Counted from the first letter of the stretch, positions 13,803 to 25,200 are shown. The stretch is DNA of 39,692 nucleotides from Callorhinchus milii (GCF_018977255.1 NW_024705495.1:1-39692); one strand, 5' to 3'. The notes: a model not told the origin generated them from the letters alone. Made by a program: numbers and translations.

Positions 13803-14136
13803 AAGGGTGAACCGGAAGAATGAGAATGGTTCACAGAATCAAACAGACGACCTCCCAATATCCGTATGCTAACCATCACAGCTCTATGGCAGCTCCCTTC
13901 ATTTCTTAGTTGACAGGTTAACCCGTTGTGTATTGCCAGACACATCGATATATGTATTTGCGAAAAACAAGTGTTTTTTTTAAACACATTCCTGCGGAGG
14001 AGGCTGGTAGGAACGTTGGGTTGCTCGGTCAATGGCCAGGGTCAACGGCGGCGTGGTGTATTCCGCAAATATGCCCGACCGTGAGGGCGGGCACAAGCCG
14101 GTGCGAGTAGGTTAAACGTTGAGTTTTATAAGGGCT

Positions 14137-14209
14137 TCTAGATTTGAAGCTTTCGTGACTGCAAGGATTCATACTCTTAGGTTTTTTTTCGGTAAAGTCA
14201 CGTAGGTAA
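14137..14209 (-). mobile_element. Short PLE tail insertion
   Basis: TCTAGATTTGAAGCTTTCGTGACTGCAAGGATTCAT...GGTAAAGTCACGTAGG, flanked by TAAGGGCT at 14129-14136 and 14207-14214. Confidence 0.75.
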
Positions 14210-14487
14210 GGGCTCCACGGGGTGACCAGCCCCTCCCCACCCTCCCCACCCAGCCCCTCCCTCCCAACCCAGCTTCTCCCTGCACGACAGACGGACACAA
14301 TAATCCACTGTGGGCTGGTGTAACCAGGAGGTTCTTACAAGTAATACACAGTATATAGGTGCTACTCGCTAACAACACTTGCCTCAAAGGTCTGTGAATT
14401 AAAAGTTTTTACAGCACAACATATCCGGGGGGGGGGGGGTATTTGCATTGGTGTGACCGACACGCAGCGTGATGGTTGTGGTGCGAT

Positions 14488-14590
14488 TAGGGCCGTCCAT
14501 AAATGACGTCACGTACCTAGGGGGGGTCAGACATTTGTGACGATGTGTGACGAGAGGGGTGTTTGAGAAACGTGACGTCACATCAAAATG
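14488..14590 (+). mobile_element. Possible PIF/Harbinger-type MITE end
   Basis: TTAGGGCCGTCCATAAATGACGTCACG...CGTGACGTCAC resembles Harbinger terminal repeats. The partner end was not found. Confidence 0.35.
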
Positions 14591-14691
14591 CGCAACTTTA
14601 ATTAAATATAGACAACACGTTCTACCTAATTAAATATACTTTTTGATGAATGTTTTCTCCTACAACATCAGAGTGCAGCGGCACATTAAAT

Positions 14692-16980
14692 AGTGAGTGA
14701 GGTAGTGAGTGGGTTGGTGAGTGAGGTGGTGAGTGGGTTGGTGAGTGGGGTGGTGAGTGAGGTGGTGAGTGAGGTTGTGATGAGGTGGTGAGTGGATTAG
14801 TGAGTGAGTGGGTTACTGAGTGAGTGGGTTAGTGAGTGAGCTGGTGAGTGGGTTGGTGAGTGGGGTTGGTGAGTGGCTGGTGAGTGGGTTGGGGAGTGCG
14901 GTGGTGAGTGAGGTGGTGAGTGGGTTGGTGAGTGAGTGAGTTGGTGAGTGGGTTGGTGAGTGGGGTGGTGAGTGGGGTGGTGAGTGGGTTGGTGATGGGT
15001 TGGTGAGTGGTTGGTGAGTGGGTGGTGAGTGGGTTAGTGAGTGGGTTAGTGAGTGAGCTGTGAGTGGGTTGGTGAGTGGGTTGGTGAGTGGGGTGGTGAG
15101 TGAGGTGGTGAGTGGTTAGTGAGTGGGTTAGTGAGCTGGTGAGTGGGTTGGTGAGTGGGTTGGTGAGGTGGTGAGTGAGGTGGTGAGTGGGTTAGTGAGT
15201 GAGTGGGTTAGTGAGTGAGTGGGTTAGTGAGTGAGCTGGTGAGTGAGCTGGTGAGTGAGCTGGTGAGTGGGTTGGTGAGTGAGGTGGTGAGTGCGTTAGT
15301 GAGTGGGTTGGTGAGTGAGCTGGTGAGTGGGTTGGTGAGTGAGGTGGTGAGTGCGTTAGTGAGTGGGTTGGTGAGTGGGTTGGTGAGTGAGTGGTGAGTG
15401 GGTTGGTGAGTGAGGTGGTGAGTGCGTTAGTGAGTGGGTTGGTGAGTGAGCTGGTGAGTGGGTTGGTGAGTGAGGTGGTGAGTGCGTTAGTGAGTGGGTT
15501 GGTGAGTGAGCTGGTGAGTGGGTTGGTGAGTGAGTTGGTGAGTGCGTTAGTGAGTGGGTTGGTGAGTGAGCTGGTGAGTGAGTGAGGTAGTGAGTGAGCT
15601 GGTGAGTGGAGTAGTGAGTGAGCTGGTGAGTGAGGTAGTGAGTGAGTTGGTGAGTGGGTTGGTGAGTGAGTGAGGTAGTGAGTGAGGTAGTGAGTGAGAT
15701 GGTGAGTGAGTGGAGTAGTGAGTGAGTTGGTGAGTGAGTGGAGTAGTGAGTGAGTTGGTGAGTGAGTGAGCTGGTGAGTGGAGTAGTGAGTGAGCTGGTG
15801 AGTGGGTGGTGAGTGAGTGAGGTAGTGAGTGAGCTGGTGAGTGAGCTGGTGAGTGAGCTGGTGAGTGAGCTGGTGAGTGCGTTAGTGAGTGAGTTGGTGA
15901 GTGAGGTAGTGAGTTGGTGAGGTAGTGAGTGAGCTGGTGAGTGAGGTAGTGAGTGAGTTGGTGAGGTAGTGAGTGAGCTGGTGAGTGGGTTGGTGAGTGA
16001 GCTGGTGAGTGAGCTGGTGAGTGAGCTGGTGAGTGCGTTAGTGAGTGAGTTGGTGAGTGAGGTAGTGAGTTGGTGAGGTAGTGAGTGAGCTGGTGAGTGA
16101 GGTAGTGAGTGAGTTGGTGAGGTAGTGAGTGAGTTGGTGAGTGAGCTGGTGAGTGGGTTGGTGAGTGAGGTGGTGAGTGCGTTAGTGAGTGGGTTGGTGA
16201 GTGAGTGAGGTAATGAGTGAGCTGGTGAGTGGGTTGGTGAGTGAGTGAGGTAGTGAGTGGGTTGGTGAGTGAGTTGGTGAGGTAGTGAGTGAGCTGGTGA
16301 GTGGGTTGGTGAGTGAGTGAGGTAGTGAGTGAGCTGGTGAGTGAGTGGAGTAGTGAGTGAGTTGGTGAGTGAGTGGAGTAGTGAGTGAGTTGGTGAGTGA
16401 GTGAGCTGGTGAGTGGAGTAGTGAGTGAGCTGGTGAGTGGGTGAGGTAGTGAGTGAGCTGGTGAGTGAGCTGGTGAGTGAGCTGGTGAGTGAGCTGGTGA
16501 GTGAGCTGGTGAGTGCGTTAGTGAGTGAGTTGGTGAGTGAGGTAGTGAGTGAGTTGGTGAGTGAGGTAGTGAGTGAGTTGGTGAGGTAGTGAGTTTGGTG
16601 AGTGAGCTGGTGAGTGGGTTGGTGAGTGAGGTGGTGAGTGCGTTAGTGAGTGGGTTGGTGAGTGAGTGAGGTAATGAGTGAGCTGGTGAGTGGGTTGGTG
16701 AGTGAGTGAGGTAGTGAGTGAGTTGGTGAGGTAGTGAGTGAGTTGGTGAGGTAGTGAGTGAGTTGGTGAGTGAGCTGGTGAGTGGGTTGGTGAGTGAGGT
16801 GGTGAGTGCGTTAGTGAGTGGGTTGGTGAGTGAGTGAGGTAATGAGTGGGTTGGTGAGTGAGTTGGTGAGGTAGTGAGTGAGCTGGTGAGTGGGTTGGTG
16901 AGTGAGTGAGGTAGTGAGTGAGCTGGTGAGTGAGCTGGTGGAGTGGGTTGGTGAGTGAGTGAGGTAGTGAGTTGGTGAGT
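14692..16980. repeat. About 2.3 kb compound satellite of 4-mer/12-mer units (GTGAGTGGGTTG, GTGAGTGAGCTG, GTGAGTGAGGTA)
   Basis: Directly visible, with a 60-bp higher-order unit around 15250-15560. Lies in the inferred first MEN1 intron. Confidence 0.97.
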
Positions 16981-16983
16981 TAC

Positions 16984-17100
16984 CTGCGCAAGAGTCGGGG
17001 CTTGTCGGCACACAGCTGTTGGTGGATGGAAGCCGAGTTGAACGAAATGAATGAACGTGAAAAAATGCGCGGGAAAGCGCAGCTCGGGTGAGGGGGGGAT
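16984..17100 (-). other. MEN1: Putative non-coding first exon of MEN1 (5' boundary unknown)
   Basis: Minus-strand donor GCAG|GTAACT at 16984/16983, exactly where the satellite ends. CpG-rich context. Confidence 0.4.
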
Positions 17101-17687
17101 TACTGCAAGTCGAGGCAGAAGCTGTTTCTACACAAACCTCCTCAACCTCCAACACCGTGACCACGACGACGACGATGATACCGCATGCTGACTGATGGCG
17201 ATGATGATTGCCGGTGGTTGTTTGCACGATGGCGTGATTTGCTCACCGCTTCTCTTAACGGGAGTTGTTGCACAGGCCGCCGAGGTGGTGTGGATCGATT
17301 CCCGGTGACGATTAAAATCGCGAACGAATCGATTCTCGGTTTGGCTTGCAGGCAGGCGCGCATTGAATTCCGATTCCTCGCGATTCCAATACTCTGGATC
17401 GATTTAGAAATCGATTACTTTGACGGATTAAGAGCCCCCCCCAGCTGTCTTGCGGGGGTTGTTTGACCATACTTCACCACGCTGGTAAGGGCGGTTTTAT
17501 CAAGTGGGTCGTGTCGTGGCCGAGAATTGAGCTTAGGTTGCCTTTTGGGGAGATCGATTCGACTTTTACCATTCTCGGATGGCGATTCTTAACGTTAGTG
17601 AAGCCAAATGATCGATTCTAACGATTTCCTCGTGCGCGGAGAATCGTAATGATTGATTCATTCATGAAAGTAAACAATTCCAAATGT

Positions 17688-17868
17688 CATCTTCTTGGTT
17701 CTTTCGGTAAAGTCATCACGTAGAAGGAAAATAATAAAATAATAAAAATAAAACATAATAAAATAATTCTCACGACGTTTCGGCCACAACGCAAGCAGCC
17801 TTCCTCAGTTTTATTTGTATTATTTTATTACTTCCTTTCTACGTGACTTTACCGAAAGAACCAAAAAG
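17688..17868. mobile_element. Inverted pair of PLE terminal-repeat fragments
   Basis: Minus arm 17688-17808 includes a hammerhead core truncated at stem I, joined to a plus arm ending CTACGTGACTTTACCGAAAGAACCAA. No clear TSD. Confidence 0.75.
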
Positions 17869-18007
17869 TGCAAATTTGTTTTGGTATTTTTTTAATTTGC
17901 CACGAAGCGGTGGTGACGTCACCATAGCGCTGGTGCCAGGCTAGGTGCAGCCCGAGACCACGTGGCATTGTAACGGGCTAGTTCAGCTTCAGCTGATGCT
18001 CTTATTT

Positions 18008-19378
18008 CAGCCAATGAGAGCCTAGCTTTCACCTTCACTGCAGCCAATGGGAGGCCACATCTCCCCCCCTCCCCCCCCAGCTACGACCAGTTGCAGCCAA
18101 TGGGAACTCGCGTCTCTCTCCCGGTCTAAGGCTCTCAGCTAATGGGAGCTCGCGTCTCATCCCCTGGTCTCAAGCTCTCAGCCAATGGGAGCTCGCGTCT
18201 CATCCCTGGTCTCAAGCTCTCAGCCAATGGGAGCGGGCGTCTCATCCCCTGGTCTCAAGCTCTCAGCCAATGGGAGCGCGCGTCTCATCCCACTCTAATC
18301 GCTCCCCCTTCGTCTCGAGCTCTCAGCCAATGGGAGCTCGCGTCTCATCCCCTGGTCTCAAGCTCTCAGCCAATGGGAGAGCGCGTCTCATCCCACTGCA
18401 ACAGCCCCTCCCTCGTCTCGAGCTCTCAGCCAATGGGAGCTCACGTCTCATCCCCTGGTGTCAAGCTCCTGGCCAATGAGAGCTCGCGTCTCATCCTCTG
18501 GTCTCAAGCTCTCAGCCAATGGGAGCGCGCGTCTCATCCAATGGGAGCGCGCGTCTCATCCCTTGGTCTCAAGCTCTCAGCCAATGGGAGCTCGCGTCTC
18601 ATCCCTGGTCTCAAGCTCTCAGCCAATGGGAGCTCGCGTCTCATCCCCTGGTCTCAAGCTCTCAGCCAATGGGAGCTCGCGTCTCATCCCCTGGTCTCAA
18701 GCTCTCAGCCAATGGGAGCTCGCGTCTCATCCCCTGGTCTCAAGCTCTCAGCCAATGGGAGCTCGCGTCTCATCCCCTGGTCTCAAGCTCTCAGCCAATG
18801 GAGCGCGCGTCTCATCCCCTGGTCTCAAGCTCTCAGCCAATGGAGCGCGCGTTTCATCCCCTGGTCTTAAGCTCTCAGCCAATGGGAGCGCGCGTCTCAT
18901 CCCCTGGTCTCAAGCTCTCAGCCAATGGGAGCGCGCGTCTCATCCCCTGGTCTCAAGCTCTCAGCCAATGGGAGCGCGCGTTTCATCCCTGATCTCAAGC
19001 TCTCAGCCAATGGGAGCGCGCGTTTCATCCCCTGGTCTCAAGCTCTCAGCCAATAGGAGCGCGCGTTTCATCCCCTGGTCTCAAGCTCTCAGCCCAATGG
19101 GAGCGCGCGTTTCATCCACTGGTCTCAAGCTCTCAGCCAATGGGAGCGCGCGTTTCATCCCCTGGTCTCAAGCTCTCAGCCAATGGGAGCGCGCGTTTCA
19201 TCCCCTGGTCTCAAGCTCTCAGCCAATGGGAGCGCGCGTTTCATCCCCTGGTCTCAAGCTCTCAGCCAATGGGAGCGCGCGTTTCATCCCCTGGTCTCAA
19301 GCTCTCAGCCAATGGGAGCGCGCGTTTCATCCACTGGTCTCAAGCTCTCAGCCAATGGGAGCGCGCGTTTCATCCACT
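18008..19378 (+). repeat. 43-bp minisatellite, about 30 units, each with a CCAAT box
   Basis: Unit AGCTCTCAGCCAATGGGAGCGCGCGTTTCATCCCCTGGTCTCA. Three more degenerate CAGCCAATG copies at 18008-18105. Confidence 0.95.
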
Positions 19379-19379
19379 G

Positions 19380-19477
19380 TTGTTGGGGCTGGTTGTTTAC
19401 CTCACCGCAGCGCGCCCATCCTTCCCCGCGTCTCCGTCTTTTCGTCGTCTCCTCGAGCCCCCCTCAACACTTCCAAG
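19380..19477 (+). other. Putative non-coding first exon of the H1x gene (5' boundary unknown)
   Basis: Strong donor CAAG|GTGAGG at 19477/19478, just downstream of the CCAAT array. Candidate acceptor TTGCAG|CAG at ~20961 before the ATG. Confidence 0.45.
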
Positions 19478-19669
19478 GTGAGGGGGTGATGGGGGGGGGC
19501 TCTTGCGTAGCGATGCAATTGTTGAGAGGCGAGGTCTCGGCCATAGGAACGTGGAAAGCGCGCTCGAGGCGAGGCGGGAGTTTCCGTGGTGGATTTTTTG
19601 TTGTTGTTGTTGCGTGAGACTCAACGATTCGCGTCGTGACGCAGTTAACGCCGCGCTAATGTATTCTCT

Positions 19670-19790
19670 GCCACGTTACCCTGCCCCCTCTACACCTCCT
19701 GCGTTACGTTACATTTGCGTTACAACGCAACGTTACTCTCGCGTTACGTTACGTTACTCTGCGTCACGTTACTCTCTCGTGTTCACGTCA
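19670..19790. repeat. Degenerate (CGTTA)n pentamer repeat
   Basis: gcgttacgttacatttgcgttacaacg...gcgttacgttacgttactct. Confidence 0.65.
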
Positions 19791-20027
19791 ATCTGCTGTT
19801 GCTGCTGCTGACAGGAGATGCGTTTCGTTTCGTGCGTCCCCGTAACATTCCGAGTTTGTAGGAAATCGGGGGTGGAATCGCATGACATGGATTCGACCAT
19901 TAGTTGTATTTATCTGATAAGTCACGGGCCTCCCCTAGGTCGACTCAGCCTTAAACGAGTGTAGTGTGTACTGGAGAGCTAAAGGTGGCCCGGGTGTGTG
20001 CGAGTGTATGGGGAGCTGTTCTAGACT

Positions 20028-20408
20028 AATTTCAGGGTGCTGATTCCAAATCTGATCTCAGATTTGCTCTATCACATCTAATTTTTATGCTATCGGCATA
20101 CCCCATTTTCATTGATTTTACCCGAAATTAACTCTGTCACTTATGATTGCAGGTTGTTGCGAGTCGTGACTGCTTTAGTGTTAAAATATGGTGCTGTATT
20201 TTTAGGATAGTGTGTTTATAATATCATTTATGTAGATATCCACATTTATTTAATTTTTTCTTCTGCAGTTTTATTGAAAATGCAATATTTGATATCTCAA
20301 AAACCTGTGATAGACAAAAACTGATGCCAGATTTGGAATCGGCACCCCAAAATTACCTTAAAACCGTTGGAATACCTTATGCCAGAAAAAGTGTGTGACC
20401 AGTGTAAT
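20028..20408. mobile_element. MITE-like element with imperfect inverted repeats
   Basis: GGGTGCTGATTCCAAATCTG...TCTATCACA (20035-20076) is inverted relative to TGTGATAGA...CAGATTTGGAATCGGCACCC (20306-20347). AT-rich centre. Confidence 0.5.
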
Positions 20409-20598
20409 CGATGGTGAATATTTGAACCAGTCCTGGGCCTCCCCTAAGTCAACTCAGCCTCAAGTGGGTACTTGGTGCGGTGTGTAAACGTCAGCAGTAG
20501 GGAGACAAATGCAGCCCGCGTTGAGGTGTGGACCGCCTGCCCCGTTGTTGTGCGCCACGTTAGCGTCTAAAGGTGCATTTCTAACAGCACTTTCCTAG

Positions 20599-20860
20599 TC
20601 TAGATTTGAAGTTTTCGTGACTGCAGGGATCCATACTCTTTGGTTCTTTCGATAAAGTCACGTGGGTATAAAATAAATTAAATTACGACGTTTCGATTGC
20701 AACACAAGCAATCATCGTCTGATGATGATCATCGTCCGATGATGATCATCTTCTGATGATGATTATCGTCTGATGATGATTGCTTGTGTTGCAATCGAAA
20801 CGTCGTGATTTAATTTATTATATTTTATACCTAAGTGACTTTACCGAAAGAACCAAAGAG
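20599..20860. mobile_element. Inverted-pair PLE insertion, subfamily C, with four 17-bp tandem repeats at the inversion point
   Basis: Arms are reverse complements. Flanking direct repeat AGCACTTTCCTAGTCT at 20586-20601 and 20859-20874. Confidence 0.85.
20765..20809 (+). ncRNA. Minimal hammerhead ribozyme motif
   Basis: atcgt CTGATGA t GATTGC ttgtgtt GCAATC GAAAC GTC gtgat. Predicted cleavage after 20804; stem I relies on two G-U pairs. Confidence 0.65.
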
Positions 20861-20981
20861 CACTTTCCTAGTCTGGTGAAGGCTACATGGGGGACGTCGT
20901 TGTTGCTGCTGCTGCTGATGCTTCTTGTCCGTGTGGCCGCAATCACCCCCCGTTATTGCAGCAGTCGTGGTGGTGCCGGTG

Positions 20982-21440
20982 ATGTCCTCGGTAGAAGCGA
21001 TGGACTCCCTGGAGGTGGCACCGGTGGCGCCCGAGCTCCACGCCGAGGAGCACTCCGACGACCAGGACCCGGACGTCGTCGCCAGGAAGGGCAAGGCCAG
21101 GAAGGCCAAGGTGGCTATCAAGGTGGGCGTCAAGCCGTCTCCCACCAAGCCACCCTACCTGCACGTCGGTGGCAGCGGCGGTGGCATTGGCGCCGGCGGC
21201 AAGAAGAAAAAGAAGAAGAAGAACCAGCCGGGAAAATACAGCCGGCTGGTGATCGACGTGATCCGCGCGCTGGGCGAGCGCGGCGGTTCATCGCTCGCCC
21301 GCGTGTACGCCGAGGCGCGCAAGGTGGAATGGTTCGACCAGGAGCACGGGCGCACCTACCTCAAGTACTCGGTGAAGGCACTGGTGCAGAACGACACGCT
21401 GCTGCAGGTGAAGGGCACGGGCGCCAACGGCTCCTTCAAG
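20982..21440 (+). CDS. H1-10: Linker histone H1x (H1.10), coding exon 1
   Basis: [76 protein letters not shown] is diagnostic of H1x. Donor AAG|GTACGT at 21440/21441. The start could be ATG 20982 or 21000. Confidence 0.93.
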
Positions 21441-21999
21441 GTACGTGGGGCCCGCGGGCCGGCGAGCGGGCAGGCGGTCGGGTGGCAGCCGGCGCCTCTG
21501 GGTTATGTTGGAAATAGTCAAAAATTTTGTTGGGCTTTTCAGCATTCTGGTGGTGCTGAAAAACTGAATCAATTGGCACATTTGCCCACATGACAACTCC
21601 ATTTGATTGTCTCCGTCGCAAAGCAGAGGGTTATAGTAAAAAAAATGACATACTTGCACTTCGATTCAAACCCAAAATAAACGAATTATAATTGGTAAAA
21701 CTTTTAATCGAGTCTCTGTGCATTTCATTTTGTGATTAAAATGAAATATGCTGACTTAAATTAAATCAGCAGACTGAGACTTGACTACAAATCCACAGGT
21801 GGTCCTCGAAGGAACGGAATTCTGTCTAAATTGACACTGAGGACCGATGTTTGTCCCATACTATACTGCATGTCCACCCTGTGTGTGTCTCCAGTGCGAT
21901 AGAATTGTCTCACTAGGCTGTCGGCTGATTCTCTTGAGTTCGTGTCTCCACCTCGTGTGTGTGCGAGTCTCTCAGTGTTCTCACGTCATTTTCCGGCAG

Positions 22000-22299
22000 C
22001 TGAACAAGAACAAGCTGGAGAAGAAGGCGGCGGAGGAGAAGGGCAAATCCAAGCCTCCCGCCCCCACCTCCTCCAAGCCGGTGGGCAAGAAGAGCGTGGT
22101 GAAGGCCGAGCCCAAGGCGCTGAGGGGCATTGCCGAGGAGAAGAAAAAGAAGGAGCAGAAGCAGAAGAGCCTCAAGGAGAAGAACAAGAAGGCCAAGCAT
22201 TCCAAGAAGTCCGTGAAGACCTCGGTGGGAAAGTCGGTGTCCAAGGCTATCGCAAAGGGGAAGAAGCCGACCAAAGTGTCAAAGGTCAAGAGGGTGTAG
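22000..22299 (+). CDS. H1-10: Linker histone H1x, coding exon 2 (Lys-rich C-terminal tail)
   Basis: Acceptor ttttccggcag|CTG AAC AAG gives GSFK|LNKNKLE (human GSFKLNRKKLE). In frame to TAG at 22297-22299; total about 252 aa. Confidence 0.92.
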   Translation: MNKNKLEKKAAEEKGKSKPPAPTSSKPVGKKSVVKAEPKALRGIAEEKKKKEQKQKSLKEKNKKAKHSKKSVKTSVGKSVSKAIAKGKKPTKVSKVKRV

Positions 22300-25200
22300 G
22301 TCCCCCGCGCCAGCGCTGGCGTTCTGTAACCAGCCCCGGGCTTCTAGCGTCACTGAGTTAAGGAGTAAATGCCGTCGTGGGTTTAGCGCGTGGGTTTTCG
22401 CCGCCATTATTACGGAGCGTAATTAATTTTTTCGGTGATTCGGCCAAGTTTATTTCGCGAGACCTTCCACCAGCAGATAAAAGCCAAAACAAGGTCAATG
22501 GTCACGTGTACGAGTGTTTAACAATGCGCCGATTTTTCTTGTGTCGGGTCCGTCACTGGAGATTTGACGAAACATTTTTCGAATGGCTGAATTTAGCAGC
22601 AATTGGTTCTGGAATTTGGTTCTGAAAATTACATAGCCTAACCCGGAGCTCACGTCTCAGTTGCCAGCATTAGTCTCACGCTGCTGTGGTTCTCAGTTTG
22701 CTTCTCAGTTGGTTATTGAGTACACTGAGTAAACGTGACATTCTTGTCGGGTGGTAGAGGGTTAATGACAAGACATTTGACATAAAACTATAACGTGGCC
22801 TAACACCCAAAAACTATGGGATTTTCTTATTGGCTACAGACACCTACTTTTCATACGTTTTCTATTCCATTGGGATGGTCAGCGACCAGAATCAGAATTT
22901 TATTTAGACTGTAGGAATCCAATAAGCTATGAATCTTTTTTTTACAGATGTCCATTATTTCAAAGGTGTCCAGATTAACAATCCAAACTACAGCCGAGGT
23001 GTAATTGATCACACACACACAGTCATCAATGGACCTCTACATTGACGCAGTCATTAATGTTGGGTTTTTTTTTTCTTTTCTCAAGGCTTATGTTGCTATA
23101 ATTGTGCGTGCTCCTCTCTCTACAGAGCTCCCTTTACCCTGCAAAAATATCCGAGCTCAGCTATTTTCATAATGTATGTCCGCCACGGTATCAAAATATC
23201 CTATTGTCCAGCGCCGGGGGATTGTGAATCGGTCACTCCGTGCCCTCGCTCAAGAGACAAATTATCTTGGCGAAAATCGCTTAGCTGTGATCCCTGAGCC
23301 ACGAGATCGGCAGCAGTGTCGTACACACTCAGTGCCCGCCCACTCCACTCTCGCCAAATTGACCGCCGCCCCATCTTGGGTTCCTTACAAATTCGAGATC
23401 ACTCTGAAGATAACGTTACCCCGGACGACTCTCACACCAGCTCGGAAGCGTTTGCGGTTGATGCTGTTGCTACCTTGAGTTGGTGCTTTGGCTTGCTGGG
23501 TGTGGGCTTAATGCCACCGTGGTTGCTCACGTTGGCTGGCCGTGCTGCCCCCCGCCCACCCACCCCCTCCCGCTGAGTAAGGACACCAGAAAGTAACTAA
23601 AAAAAAATTGATTGAACAGTTTAATGGGCAAAAACATTGAACAGAAAAAGTCATATCTGTCAATAACGCCTCAACAGGAAATATTTTAAAGAAGTTCACG
23701 AATAACACTGAGGCCTTAATAGGAAAAGTATACGATAGGCCATGTTTTGGGCAAATGGTCCCTTATCAAAGCTAAGTATTCAGTAGTGCACAAGCACAAT
23801 TCATAAACTCGCATTCGTGAACAACAACAGCGTCTCCACAAAAAACAGATCGTTGTGCGCAAATCAAGTTTAATGTTGCACAAAATGAACTGCATCGTAC
23901 AAACACTTCCATGGGTACTATCTCGTCAAGGAGCACAAACCATCGCGTGACCTGTCATCGCTCGCAGTGACGGCTTTTAGCTCATCGGCGAACAAAGACT
24001 CCACGTATTGCGCTTTTGCAGATGCGCTTCTGCGGCAATCTGGAAAGCTCTTCCGATATTAAGAAGCCACTAGAGCGATGCGCTTTTAAATCATATAGAT
24101 TGAAAACTCATTTATTTGCAACTGCTTTTTGCGTTCAGTTTGGTTGTCCTTCCCCCACACCTCCGATTTGCACGGTTGACTATATGGTGCGAAAAAGGTT
24201 TGACATGTACACACGTAAGCTGGACCGCCTGATTCGAACTGCGTACTCTGGACTCCAGGGTGCATGAGTGGCCAATGTTTTTTATTCTAGGTCAAGGCTT
24301 AAACGTCATGGGCTGGGTCAGTGTCAAGTAGGTCAAGGTCAACGTCTGGGAGACCTACACCATAATCCACAATCCAGATTCTGGACTCCAGCGTCCTGAA
24401 TCCAGTCTCTAAACCCAATAATCTGGATTGCAGGTTTTTGTATTCCAAGCTCCATCGTCCGGGTCTTTAGGCAAAATTCTCCTCGCTCAGCACGGAGGCA
24501 GAGAAGCAGAGCCAGGAAGTGAATTTGACATTGGTGGAGATCAGGGGTCAGAAACCAAAATAACAAGAAGAGCCTTTTTCGAATTCGGTAAAAAAAATGC
24601 AATATTTGAAAAGCTGCAATACGTGTGAATATGAAACTGATCCTGAATACATAACATCATGAAGCAGTCCTGAAAGAGCCGCAGGTTTCTGACCTCTGGT
24701 GTTGATAGAACAGAGCCAGCTTGCACGATCCAAACTTTAAGCGTAGATCCCTGTGTGATGTCTTTATCGAGTGTGCATGTGGTGCAGCTGCACCAGACCT
24801 ATGAGCCGGAGGGTTCCAGGCATTCAGCTTAAGAGAGGGGGGTGGGGGAGGGATAGTGGACACTGCCAACCACGCTACGTCACTGATGCCAAAACACGGC
24901 TACCCCGGTGATCTGTGCAACGATTTGTGTCCGGTCACTTCGCTGCACAAATTACCATCTGGTAAAGTGGAGTTTTCTCATAATTTTGGTCAAGCACCGC
25001 TTGGAGAGCAATATGTGTGTAGTTAATAGGATGTAGTGAACAACTGCATGCGCGGCTTATTTGTCAGTCCGCCGCTGCACGATGGCCTCTCCGTGCCATG
25101 CGGTTCGTGAGGGTTATTTGACCATGCTTAACCGTGCGGGTTGGGAAGGTGGGGAGCAGAGTTGTCCGACTCGTACATTATGTAGCTGATCCGCCCTGTC

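Larger units (their letters stand above)
20410..20895 (+). mobile_element. Second tRNA-SINE family copy (GTCRACTCAGCCT core), interrupted in its tail by a PLE
   Basis: CCAGTCCTGGGCCTCCCCTAAGTCAACTCAGCCT...GGTGTGTAAAC is shared with ~19925, ~38070 and ~39590. Tail GGCTACATGGGGG is shared with 38213-38225. Confidence 0.6.

Noticed and set aside
15215..17227. 488-aa His/Ser/Pro/Thr ORF and VSELVSGL ORFs
   Set aside because: These are translations of the GTGA satellite, which lacks stops on the C/A-rich strand.
17290..17650. Cluster of AATCGATT/GAATCG palindromic words
   Set aside because: Probably subterminal motifs of a decayed DNA transposon; no termini or TSD could be defined.
18142..19617. 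242-343 aa ORFs in the 43-bp array, and a possible CRISPR reading of the array
   Set aside because: The ORFs are frame-cycling repeat translations. Units are head to tail with no unique spacers, there are no cas genes, and the context is eukaryotic.
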